The notes below the pieces were generated by a model that saw nothing but the letters and a program-made list of their open reading frames with translations, was not told the DNA's origin and searched no databases. From Actinomycetota bacterium (GTDB lineage: Bacteria > Actinomycetota > Actinomycetes > Mycobacteriales > Micromonosporaceae): a stretch of 36,968 bases of DNA. Positions 27,590 through 36,968 of the stretch are shown here, one piece after another. The position numbers and the translations under genes were made by a program. Position 1 is the first letter of the stretch. Every line of letters begins with the position of its first letter. The stretch spans positions 1 through 36,968 of the forward strand of contig JBKOWB010000433.1 in the NCBI GenBank assembly GCA_046724195.1. Reading direction: 5' to 3'.

Positions 27590-28432
27590 ATGCAGGAGTT
27601 CGAACGCACCACGCCCGTCACCGTTGCCCTGCGCGCCAACCGCGGCACGGTCGACATCACCGCCGCGGACCAGGCGGCCGTCCAGGTCGACGTCGTCCCA
27701 CTCGACGGCTCCGACGCGGCCGTCGACGCCGCCCGTAACACCCGTGTCGCGCTCGAAGGCGACACGCTCGTCGTTCACACGCCCGACTCGTCCACTTGGC
27801 GGTGGCGCCGCGCGCCCAAGCTGGGCATCACGATTCGGGTTCCGACGGGCAGCTCGCTCGCGGCGAAGACCGCGTCCGCCGACGTTCGCGCCGCCGGCCG
27901 CTACGCCACCGTCCAGGTGAGCGCGGCTTCCGGCGACGCCTGGCTGGAGGAGGCCACCGGCGACGCCCGTCTCCAGGCGGCCAGCGGCGACCTCAGCGTC
28001 GGGCGGGTCGGTGGTGCCTTGTACGTCGGCAGCGCGTCCGGCGACGTCGAGGTCGGTGACGTCACGGGTGACGTCATGGCGAGCACCGCGAGCGGCGACA
28101 TCACCATCAACAGCGTCGGCGGCTCCGCGAAGGCCGAAACCGCGTCCGGTGACATCCGGATCGGCGTGGTCCGCCGCGGCCAGGCGCGGCTCGGCTCGGC
28201 CTCCGGCGACATCGAAGTCGGCGTGGCCGCCGGTACCGGCGTGTGGCTCGACGTCAGCACCGCGTCTGGTGACACCGTCAACGAGCTGTCCATGGGCGGC
28301 GGGTCCACCGCCGGCTCGGTGGGGGAGTCGTCCGCCGGGCAGACGGGCGCCGCGCTCGAGCTCCGGATCCGTACGGCCAGCGGCGACATCCACATCCGCA
28401 GGGCCACGGGCGATGTCCCGGCGGCCGCGTGA
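27590..28432 (+). CDS. DUF4097 family beta-strand repeat protein
   Basis: Many (T/S/A)ASGD repeats, GVWLDVST and an AAGGAG RBS. Confidence 0.9.
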   Translation: MQEFERTTPVTVALRANRGTVDITAADQAAVQVDVVPLDGSDAAVDAARNTRVALEGDTLVVHTPDSSTWRWRRAPKLGITIRVPTGSSLAAKTASADVRAAGRYATVQVSAASGDAWLEEATGDARLQAASGDLSVGRVGGALYVGSASGDVEVGDVTGDVMASTASGDITINSVGGSAKAETASGDIRIGVVRRGQARLGSASGDIEVGVAAGTGVWLDVSTASGDTVNELSMGGGSTAGSVGESSAGQTGAALELRIRTASGDIHIRRATGDVPAAA

Positions 28433-28463
28433 CGCCGCCCCGCGGCACATGGGTGATCGTCGA

Positions 28464-28822
28464 TGTCGGGGGCGCGCGGGTGGCCGGTCGCGGGCTGGTC
28501 GTCCGTGTGTCGGGGACGCGCGGGCGGCCGGTCGCGGGCTGGTCGCCCGTGTGTTGGGGGCTCGGGGGTCGCTGGTCGCCTGTGAGTCGGGGGTGCGCGG
28601 GTGGCCGGTCGCGGGCTTTTCGCCTCTGTGTTGAGGGGCGCGGGTGGCCGGTCGGGGCTGGTCGCCCGTATCGGGGCGCGCGGGTGGCCGCTCGGGGGCT
28701 GGGCGTCTGCGTGGGGGCGCGCGGGCCGCTGGTCGTGGGCCGGTCTCCTGTGTGTCGGTGGTGCGCGGGCGGCGGTTCGTGAACTGGTCGTCTTTGTCGG
28801 TGGCGCGCCGGTCGCCGGGCTC
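28464..28822 (+). repeat. Degenerate ~44-bp G-rich tandem repeat (about 8-9 copies)
   Basis: Consensus approximately TGTCGGGGGCGCGCGGGTGGCCGGTCGCGGGCTGGTCGCCCGTG. The first two units, 28464-28507 and 28508-28551, are near-identical. Confidence 0.8.
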
Positions 28823-28909
28823 TCGGTAGGCGCGCCCCGATGGGGGCTTCCCCCCAACCCCGGCTGCGACTACGTTCCGCGACCGCTACGGCGAGCGTCA
28901 TACCTGCGC

Positions 28910-29151
28910 GGAAGATCGCGGCTCTGGAACACCACCGATCTTCCACTTTGGACGCCCGGGCTGGTCCGGCGGTGACTCGGGGTGAACGGCAGCCGCAGTC
29001 CAGTGCCTACCCGTGGCCGGCTGCCTGGGTGCCGTGCCCGATCGCGTGATTTGCCAGAACCCCGCGGGTCGACGTGCCCGACCACCCGGCTCGTTGATCA
29101 TGAGGCTAGGCACGACAATCCAGGCATTACGACGCACTGGCATCATGATCA
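28910..29151. repeat. Cluster of short palindromic REP-like elements
   Basis: GGAAGATCG/CGATCTTCC (28910-28944) and TGATCATGA/TCATGATCA (29095-29151). Confidence 0.5.
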
Positions 29152-29462
29152 CCTGGGGTGCCTGGGCCGTTCCCACCTGGACGGCCGGGTTGGTCCGGGG
29201 GCCGACATGGGCACCGTGAAGATCACCCGAGCCGAGTCGATCGGATGACAGATGGATCGGGACACCGCATGGGATATGTGTCATCGGACTGAACAGCGCT
29301 CTGCCGACCGGGATTCCGGGATCGTATGTGGAGGCGGCTCAGCGACGCGGCGGCACTCGACTTGCCGCGCCCGCCTACCCGAGTCGCGGCAACGCCGCCC
29401 GTAGCCCTTGTGGGACCGGAACTGGCCGGACAGGTCAGCTCCGCCGGGGAGAGCGACCTTGT

Positions 29463-30200
29463 TCAACCGCCGGGCTTGACCAGGCCCGATTCGTAGGCGA
29501 GGACGACGGCCTGGACGCGATCGCGCAGGCGTAGCTTGGTCAGGACGTGGCCGACGTGGGTCTTGATCGTCGTCTCGCTGACCATGAGAGCGCGCGCTAT
29601 CTCCGCGTTGGAGTGGCCGCGCGCGACGTGCACGAGCACCTCCCGCTCCCGCTCGGTCAGCGCGTCCAGCGCGCTGGTCGCCGTCGTCGCCGGGTCCGGC
29701 AGCGCGTCCGCGAACCGGGTCAGTAACCGAGCCAGGATCATCGGCGCAACGACCGCGCCACCGCGTGCGACCCAGCGGATCGTCGCGACGAGATCGTCCG
29801 GCGGCACGTCCTTGCGCAGGAAGCCAGCCGCCCCGGCCGCGATCGCACCGATCACGTGCTCGTCGCCGTCGTACGCGGTCAGGACCAGCACCCGTACCGG
29901 CAGCCCGGCGTCCATGATCGCCCGGGTCGCGGCGAAGCCGTCCAGCCGCGGCAGTGCAAGCTCGGTCACCACCACGTCGGGCAGCAACCGTCGCGCGAGA
30001 TCCACCGCCTCGGCGCCGTCGCCGGCCTCACCCACGACCGCGAGCCCCTGAGCGCCGGCGAGCGCCATCCGCAGGCCGGACCGCAGCATCGGCGCGGCAT
30101 CGACCAGCAGTACTCCGACCGGCCGTGCCGGGCGCGTCGCCGGCGTCGCGCGCGCCGTCTCGCCTACGCTTCCCGCCGCTGTGTCACCGCCCGCCGTCAC
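29463..30200 (-). CDS. NarL/LuxR-family response regulator with atypical receiver domain
   Basis: VVGEAGDG, GAAGFLRKD and LTEREREVL..GHSNAEIA..TIKTHV..LRDRVQAVVLAYESG. Confidence 0.92.
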   Translation of the reverse strand: MTAGGDTAAGSVGETARATPATRPARPVGVLLVDAAPMLRSGLRMALAGAQGLAVVGEAGDGAEAVDLARRLLPDVVVTELALPRLDGFAATRAIMDAGLPVRVLVLTAYDGDEHVIGAIAAGAAGFLRKDVPPDDLVATIRWVARGGAVVAPMILARLLTRFADALPDPATTATSALDALTEREREVLVHVARGHSNAEIARALMVSETTIKTHVGHVLTKLRLRDRVQAVVLAYESGLVKPGG

Positions 30201-30237
30201 AGCCCGCCTCCCGCACCGGTCGAATCCGGCCTCGCGC

Positions 30238-31470
30238 TCACCCTAAGCGATCGGCGGGCTCGCCCGGCGGCCTCGGTGCTGCCGCGGGCACAGCGGGTGG
30301 TGCGGGCACAGCGGGTGGTGCGGGCTCTGTGCTCGCACTCACCGTAGGCCCGGCGGGGGTTGTGGGGACTGCGACGTCAGCGGCGGGGGTGTGCACCTGG
30401 CTGACCGCGGGCGCTGTGGGCGCACCGGGGGAGGCGGGGGCCGGGACGGCCGTGGGCTCCGCGGGCGCCGCCTGAGTGGGGTTCTCGGTGTCTTCGGCCG
30501 GTGTGGGCTCGGGGTACGGCGGCGGGGTCCCGCCGAATACCGGGCAGAACTCGTGGTATCGGCACCACCCACAGAGGCGGCTGGGCTTGGGGCGGAAGTC
30601 GCGGTCGCGTTTGGCGCGCTCCACCGCCTGGGACAGGGCGACCAGCGTGCGCTCGAAGCGCTCCAACTCGTCGGCGTCCGGGCTGTAGTCGCAGATCTCG
30701 GCGTCCTTGAGATACAGCAGGCGCAGCACCCGCGGCACCACGCCGCGCGTGCGCCACAGCACCAGCGCGTAGAACTTCAGCTGGAACAGCGCTCGGCCCT
30801 CGAACGCCTCGCGCGGTGCGCCGCCGGTCTTGTAGTCGACGACGCGCAGATCGCCGGTGGGGGAGACGTCAAGGCGGTCGATGTAGCCGCGGATCAGCAA
30901 CTGGTCGTCGACGAGTGTGGAGACCAGGCTCTCGCGCTCCGCGGGCTCGAGTCGTCGCGGGTCCTCGACCGCGAAGTAGCCGTCCAGCAGCGTGCGGGAG
31001 CCGGCGAGGAAGGCGGCCAACCGCGCCGCCTCGGCAGCCGGATCGACCGGCACGTCGATGAGCGCCGACTGCCCCGGATCGGTCCGCTCGTCGACGGCGG
31101 CGGGTCCATCGGCGAACTCCGTTGCGGCGATGGCGGCCGCCGCCTCCTCCGCGGCCGCGGCTTGGGCGAACAGGTCGGCGAGAGCCGGCTCCTGCTCCAC
31201 CAGCCGTTCCCACTCCGGGGCCACCAGCGCCGCGGCGGCCTCCGGCGTGCGCTCGTCGGCCGGTAGGTCGAACAGCCGCTCCAGGACCGCGTGAACCAGC
31301 GTGCCGCGCACCTGGTCGGCGGACGGTAGCTCGGGCAGCCGGTCGATGGTGCGGAAGCGGAACATCAACGGGCAGGTCTTGAAGTCCGCGGCCCGCGACG
31401 GCGACAGCGACGGACCGGCGGGGCGGTCCACGACGTCGGGATCCACGGGACTCACCGTCTGTGCCGTCAT
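30238..31470 (-). CDS. RecB-family PD-(D/E)XK exonuclease (Rv2119-like, four Cys for an Fe-S cluster)
   Basis: LSPSRAADFKTCPL, RGYIDRLD, VVDYKTG, QLKFYAL and LCGWC..FCP. Confidence 0.92.
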   Translation of the reverse strand: MTAQTVSPVDPDVVDRPAGPSLSPSRAADFKTCPLMFRFRTIDRLPELPSADQVRGTLVHAVLERLFDLPADERTPEAAAALVAPEWERLVEQEPALADLFAQAAAAEEAAAAIAATEFADGPAAVDERTDPGQSALIDVPVDPAAEAARLAAFLAGSRTLLDGYFAVEDPRRLEPAERESLVSTLVDDQLLIRGYIDRLDVSPTGDLRVVDYKTGGAPREAFEGRALFQLKFYALVLWRTRGVVPRVLRLLYLKDAEICDYSPDADELERFERTLVALSQAVERAKRDRDFRPKPSRLCGWCRYHEFCPVFGGTPPPYPEPTPAEDTENPTQAAPAEPTAVPAPASPGAPTAPAVSQVHTPAADVAVPTTPAGPTVSASTEPAPPAVPAPPAVPAAAPRPPGEPADRLG

Positions 31471-31477
31471 GGTGCAC

Positions 31478-31500
31478 AGGCTAGGCCAGGGGTACGACGA
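31478..31500 (-). promoter_or_regulatory. Degenerate PafBC/RecA-NDp-type promoter of the RecB-like gene
   Basis: The minus strand reads TCGTCGTAC-N8-TAGCCT-N7-ATG. Confidence 0.5.
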
Positions 31501-31537
31501 AACGCGGACGCCGTTTCTGTTCCGTAGCATCGACGGG

Positions 31538-32704
31538 ATGGAGGACAGCGCGCAGCAGCCCCGAGCCGGCCGGCGCGGCCGGATGATCGGCCGCGTGCTG
31601 GGCATCCCGCTTTACGTCAACACCTCGATGGTCGTGCTGGCCGCCCTCGTCACGTTCGTCTACGGCGACTATGTCCGCGCCGAGCTGGGGCTGCCGGCCC
31701 CGGCCGGGTACGCCGTGGGCCTCGGCTTCGTGGCCTGCTTGCTCGGGTCGGTGCTGCTGCACGAACTCGGGCATGCCATAACCGCCCGCCGGTACGGCAT
31801 CGTGGTTCGCGGCATCACGCTCGAGTTGCTCGGCGGCTGGACCGAGATGGACCGTGACGCCCCGACCCCGCGGGTCGACGCGCTGGTCTCACTGGCCGGG
31901 CCGGCCGTGTCGCTGATCCTGGGCGGCGTGGCCGGCGCCGCCGCGTTCGCGCTGCCCGACCGTACCGTCGCGGGTCAGGTGTTCTTCCAGGTCGCGGCGA
32001 GCAACATCATCGTGGCCGCCTTCAACGTCCTGCCGGGATTGCCGCTCGACGGCGGCCGGGCCCTCCGCGCCGGGATCTGGGCGCTGATCAAGGACCGGAA
32101 CCGGGCCACCGAGGTCGCGGGCTGGGCCGGCCGCGGCATCGCGTTCGCGACCGGCTGCGTGGTGGTCGGGCTGTACCAGCTGCACGTGATCACGCTCTTC
32201 GGCCTGCTGTTCATCCTGTTGGTGGTGTTCACTTTGTGGCAGGGCGCCGGACAGTCGATCCGGCTGGCGCGGATGACCAGCCGGTTCCCGCTGGTGGACT
32301 TGAAGACGCTGGCTCGGCCCGTGTTGTCCGTGCCGTCGGGCACCTCGCTGGGCGAAGCGCAGCGCCGGGCATCCGAGGACGAGCGGCCCGGTCTGGCGCT
32401 GGCCGTCGCGGACTCGTCGGGACGGATCGTCGCCGTGGTCGATCCGGTGGGCGCGGAACGTGTGCCGGTCGGCCGGCGACCGTGGGTGGCGGTGGACACC
32501 GTGGCGCGCAGCGTCGACGCTCTGCCCGCGCTGACCGCCGGCCTGACCGGCGAGCAGGTGGTCCGAGCCGTGCAGTCGCACCCGGGTGTGCAGTACCTGG
32601 TTACCGCAGGCGAGGATGTGGTGGGCGTGCTCAACGTCGCCGATCTGGCCACCGTGCTGGAGCCGCGCCGCGCCGGCCGCCGGCCCGCACCAGCCAAGAA
32701 GTAA
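31538..32704 (+). CDS. Site-2 protease (M50) with degenerate CBS-like C-terminus
   Basis: HELGH, AGPAVS and FNVLPGLPLDGGR. Confidence 0.92.
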   Translation: MEDSAQQPRAGRRGRMIGRVLGIPLYVNTSMVVLAALVTFVYGDYVRAELGLPAPAGYAVGLGFVACLLGSVLLHELGHAITARRYGIVVRGITLELLGGWTEMDRDAPTPRVDALVSLAGPAVSLILGGVAGAAAFALPDRTVAGQVFFQVAASNIIVAAFNVLPGLPLDGGRALRAGIWALIKDRNRATEVAGWAGRGIAFATGCVVVGLYQLHVITLFGLLFILLVVFTLWQGAGQSIRLARMTSRFPLVDLKTLARPVLSVPSGTSLGEAQRRASEDERPGLALAVADSSGRIVAVVDPVGAERVPVGRRPWVAVDTVARSVDALPALTAGLTGEQVVRAVQSHPGVQYLVTAGEDVVGVLNVADLATVLEPRRAGRRPAPAKK

Positions 32705-33712
<1,008 letters not shown>

Positions 33713-33779
33713 TGCGTCACCGCAGTCGGGTATTTTCCGTCGGGGCGTACATGCGGGAGCGGAGGATCGGGTGGGCGCG

Positions 33780-34370
33780 ATGAGTTCCCCGCCATTCGGC
33801 GGCAGCAACGAGGTGCCGGCGGTGTTTCCGGACTGGTCGCCCTATCAGGACATCGATTCGGCGGCGCGCGCCTACCTGCGCGATCCCGACGTGGCGCTGG
33901 ACGCGCTGTTCGGCGTGTTGCGTGGCGCCTCGGTGCTGTGCTTCACGCTGGAGCGCTTCGTCAACGAGGTCAACGGCGTCTGGCAGGAGGTCGTGATCTG
34001 CGACGGCAGCCGCCTCGTGCTGTGGCACGGCGAGGACGTGGCGCCCGGCGACGGCCCGGTCGGCGCGATGACCTCGTCGCTGCGGGTCGTGCCGCTGTCG
34101 ACCGTCACCGAGGTGGGCTGCCGGCGCCGGCTGACCCGTACCTCGAGCGGACAGGCCCGGGTCGACAGCATCGATGTCTACCTGCTGCTCAGTTCCATCG
34201 ACGACGCGGTGCCTCCATCCGGCGTCGGCGAGGACGAGGGCCGCGCCACGCTGCGCCACGACGCGCTGCGGTTCGGCAAGACGCTGGACGACGGCGGACC
34301 GGGTCAGATCGCGCGGCTCGAGGAATTCTCCCGGGTCGTCGCGTCACTGGTGGGCCGTCCGACTCTGTGA
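33780..34370 (+). CDS. Hypothetical protein
   Basis: GC3-biased ORF with plausible composition between trmI and ferredoxin. The start may be GTG 33771 (GGAGG 5 nt upstream). Confidence 0.75.
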   Translation: MSSPPFGGSNEVPAVFPDWSPYQDIDSAARAYLRDPDVALDALFGVLRGASVLCFTLERFVNEVNGVWQEVVICDGSRLVLWHGEDVAPGDGPVGAMTSSLRVVPLSTVTEVGCRRRLTRTSSGQARVDSIDVYLLLSSIDDAVPPSGVGEDEGRATLRHDALRFGKTLDDGGPGQIARLEEFSRVVASLVGRPTL

Positions 34371-34469
34371 GTCGTGTTTCGGCGCTGTGACATTCGCCGC
34401 GCGGCCGTTTCTCGCGCGGCGCGACGCCGTACCCGGAAAGGGTCTTGACTTGCGGAGGGCGCGGAGGGC

Positions 34470-34763
34470 TCAGTCGGCGTCCGGGCCGGCCACTTCCACG
34501 TCGTCCGCGGCGCGGACGACGTGGATGCAGTCGCCCGGGCATTCCTTGGCCGCGTCGATCACCTCGAGGCGCAGCCGGGCCGGCACGTCCGTGCGGACGC
34601 CGGGGGATTGCAGCAGCTCACCGGCGGTGTCTTTGACGTACGCGAGCCCGTCGATGTCGAACTCGAATACCTCCGGGGCGTATTGAACGCACAACCCGTC
34701 GCCAGTGCAGAGGTCCTGATCCACCCAGACCTGCAGCTCGTCCGTCTCGGTCTGCGCCGACAT
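34470..34763 (-). CDS. Ferredoxin (3Fe-4S/4Fe-4S, actinobacterial)
   Basis: VWVDQDLCTGDGLC...ECPGDCI. GGAGG RBS. Confidence 0.92.
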   Translation of the reverse strand: MSAQTETDELQVWVDQDLCTGDGLCVQYAPEVFEFDIDGLAYVKDTAGELLQSPGVRTDVPARLRLEVIDAAKECPGDCIHVVRAADDVEVAGPDAD

Positions 34764-34938
34764 CTGACACCTCCCAAGAATGGCCAGTTCCGACGGTACA
34801 GGAAGCGTCCGACAACCCGCTGAGGGCACCGGAACGAAGCGATCAAGAGTCGGTGACGAGGGTGTTGCGCGGGTCGAAATCCGGCTCACACCGGTTAGTG
34901 TTATCTGCAAGACGTTCGAGCCCCCGGGGAGGTGGGAC

Positions 34939-36720
34939 GTGGCACGTAGCGACGAGGCGGACTCACGCGCCGCACGTTGGGAGAAAGAGGCCAACGATCT
35001 CTCCAGCCAGGTCGCGTTCCTTCAGGAGGAACTCGCTCTGGTACGGCGCAAGTTGACCGAAAGCCCCCGACACGTCCGACAGCTCGAGGAACGGCTCGCG
35101 GCAACGCAGGCGCAGCTGGCCCGACTGACCGAGAACAACGACCGGCTCGTGGCGACCTTGAAGGAAGCCCGGGCTCAGATCGTCACTCTCAAAGAGGAGA
35201 TTGACCGCCTCGCCCAGCCGCCGAGCGGCTATGGCGTATTCCTGGCCGCTCACGAGGACGGCACCGTGGACGTCTTCACCGGTGGTCGCAAGCTTCGCGT
35301 GGCGGTTTCTCCGTCCCTGGAGGTCGAGGAGCTCAGGCGCGGCCAAGAGGTCCTACTCAACGACGCGCTCAACGTGGTCGACGCGTTCGGCTACGAGCGG
35401 ACCGGCGAGGTGGTTCTTCTCAAGGAGGTCCTGGCCGGCCCTGATGGCGGTCCCAGCGATCGTGCCCTCGTCGTCTCGCACGCCGACGAGGAGCGCATCG
35501 TCCACCTTGCCGACTCGCTGCAGATCTCCGCGCTGCGGGCGGGCGACTCGCTCATGATCGAGCCGCGCTCGGCGTACGCGTACGAGCGCATCCCCAAGAG
35601 CGAGGTCGAAGAGCTGGTCCTCGAGGAGGTTCCGGACGTCGACTACACCGACATCGGCGGCCTGCATGCGCAGATCGAGCAGATCCGCGACGCGGTGGAG
35701 CTGCCGTTCCTGCACGCCGAGCTGTTCCGGGAGCACCAGCTGCGGCCGCCGAAGGGCATCCTGCTCTACGGTCCCCCCGGATGTGGCAAGACCCTGATCG
35801 CCAAGGCGGTGGCGAACTCGCTGGCGAAGAAGATCGCCGAGCGCCGCGGTGAGGCGATGCACACCAGCTACTTCCTCAACATCAAGGGTCCGGAGCTGCT
35901 CAACAAGTACGTGGGCGAGACCGAGCGGCACATCCGCCTGGTGTTCCAGCGGGCGCGGGAGAAGGCCGGCGAGGGGACGCCGGTCATCGTGTTCTTCGAC
36001 GAGATGGATTCGATCTTCCGGACCCGCGGCTCCGGCGTCTCCTCCGACGTTGAGAACACCATCGTCCCGCAGTTGCTCAGCGAGATCGACGGCGTCGAGG
36101 GCCTGGAGAACGTCATCGTCATCGGCGCCTCCAACCGGGAGGACATGATCGACCCGGCGATCCTGCGTCCGGGCCGGCTGGACGTGAAGATCAAGATCGA
36201 GCGCCCGGACGCGGAGGCGGCGAAGGACATCTTCGCCAAGTACATAATCCCGGGTCTGCCGCTCAGCGAGGACGACGTGGCCGAGCACGGCGGCGACAAG
36301 GACATGACGGTCGCGGCCATGATCGAGGCGGTCGTGCTGCGGATGTACACCGAGTCCGAGGAGAACCGCTTCCTGGAGGTCACCTACGCCAACGGTGACA
36401 AGGAGGTCCTGTACTTCAAGGACTTCAACTCGGGCGCGATGATCCAGAACATCGTCGACCGCGGCAAGAAGATGGCGATCAAGGAGTTCCTCACCTCCGG
36501 CCGTAAGGGTCTGCGGCTGCAGCACCTGCTGGACTCGTGCGTCGACGAGTTCCGGGAGAACGAGGACCTGCCGAACACCACCAACCCCGACGACTGGGCC
36601 CGCATCTCTGGCAAGAAGGGCGAGCGGATCGTCTACATCCGTACGCTCATCTCCGGCGGCAAGGGCGCCGATTCCGGCCGCGCGATCGACACGGTCAGCA
36701 ACACCGGTCAGTACCTGTAA
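34939..36720 (+). CDS. arc: Proteasome-associated AAA ATPase (ARC/Mpa)
   Basis: N-terminal coiled coil, [27 protein letters not shown] and a C-terminal GQYL motif. Confidence 0.97.
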   Translation: MARSDEADSRAARWEKEANDLSSQVAFLQEELALVRRKLTESPRHVRQLEERLAATQAQLARLTENNDRLVATLKEARAQIVTLKEEIDRLAQPPSGYGVFLAAHEDGTVDVFTGGRKLRVAVSPSLEVEELRRGQEVLLNDALNVVDAFGYERTGEVVLLKEVLAGPDGGPSDRALVVSHADEERIVHLADSLQISALRAGDSLMIEPRSAYAYERIPKSEVEELVLEEVPDVDYTDIGGLHAQIEQIRDAVELPFLHAELFREHQLRPPKGILLYGPPGCGKTLIAKAVANSLAKKIAERRGEAMHTSYFLNIKGPELLNKYVGETERHIRLVFQRAREKAGEGTPVIVFFDEMDSIFRTRGSGVSSDVENTIVPQLLSEIDGVEGLENVIVIGASNREDMIDPAILRPGRLDVKIKIERPDAEAAKDIFAKYIIPGLPLSEDDVAEHGGDKDMTVAAMIEAVVLRMYTESEENRFLEVTYANGDKEVLYFKDFNSGAMIQNIVDRGKKMAIKEFLTSGRKGLRLQHLLDSCVDEFRENEDLPNTTNPDDWARISGKKGERIVYIRTLISGGKGADSGRAIDTVSNTGQYL

Positions 36721-36734
36721 CGGCGCAGCGCAGA

Positions 36735-36759
36735 GCGGGCGAGGCGTGACCTCGCCCGT
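36735..36759 (+). terminator. Hairpin after arc
   Basis: GCGGGCGAGG-cgtga-CCTCGCCCGT followed by a short pyrimidine run. Confidence 0.55.
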
Positions 36760-36835
36760 TCCGTCGTCACTGGACGTGGCCGGGACCGGGCGCCGGGGCG
36801 CTGAGAACGTCAGGGCAAGCGTCTAGGCTCGACAC

Positions 36836-36877
36836 ATGGGCAAGGGCAGCGAACTGGCGGGCAGGGTGGTCGCATGA
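36836..36877 (+). CDS. Putative leaderless 13-aa uORF coupled to dop
   Basis: TAGGCT (36824-36829), 6 nt, ATG. Encodes MGKGSELAGRVVA*, and its TGA overlaps the dop ATG (ATGA). Confidence 0.5.
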   Translation: MGKGSELAGRVVA

Positions 36878-36968
36878 GCGTTCGACGGATCATGGGAACC
36901 GAGGTCGAGTACGGCATTTCGGTGCCCGGGCAGCCCGGCGCCAACCCGATGGTCACCTCCTCGCAGGT
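36874..36968 (+). CDS. dop: Pup deamidase/depupylase, 5' partial
   Basis: MSVRRIMGTEVEYGISVPGQPGANPMVTSSQ directly after arc. Runs off the window. Confidence 0.9.
   Translation, partial: MSVRRIMGTEVEYGISVPGQPGANPMVTSSQ

Noticed and set aside
28464-28822. CRISPR array or coding repeat protein
   Set aside because: There is no repeat-spacer alternation, and ORFs across it are low-complexity in all frames without a consistent codon bias.
30238-31470. Cas4 / CRISPR adaptation gene
   Set aside because: The motifs are Cas4-like, but this is the stand-alone RecB-family nuclease at its usual position near trmI-arc, with no cas1, cas2 or array.

Overview
High-GC actinobacterial chromosome segment, most consistent with Micromonosporaceae (Actinoplanes-like; inferred from gene order and repeat types). 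The backbone is the conserved region upstream of the Pup-proteasome locus: F420-LLM oxidoreductase, histidine phosphatase, DUF3090, SCO1664-family kinase-like gene, mshC, PAC2, metH, HAD hydrolase, ABC exporter, LuxR response regulator, RecB-family nuclease, M50 protease, trmI, ferredoxin, arc and the start of dop. Two accessory blocks interrupt it. The first (about 4.9-8.5 kb) holds a GntR regulator, a methyltransferase, and XRE/DUF5753 plus two DUF397 genes behind a structured twin-hairpin leader. The second (about 13.1-22 kb) holds a tyrosine-integrase relic, att-arm-like repeats, a membrane protein, a sugar porter, an SMP-30 lactonase, a methyltransferase and a divergent HPRT paralog. The strongest non-annotated signals are a chain of three ATGA-coupled mini-ORF repeats before DUF3090, a similar leaderless uORF before dop, a covarying twin hairpin before the XRE gene, PafBC-type promoters at mshC and the RecB-like gene, a RIT-like end breaking the integrase, and an Asp-to-Glu atypical response regulator. 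No rRNA, tRNA or CRISPR array was seen. All family assignments are from motif recognition by eye, not database searches.
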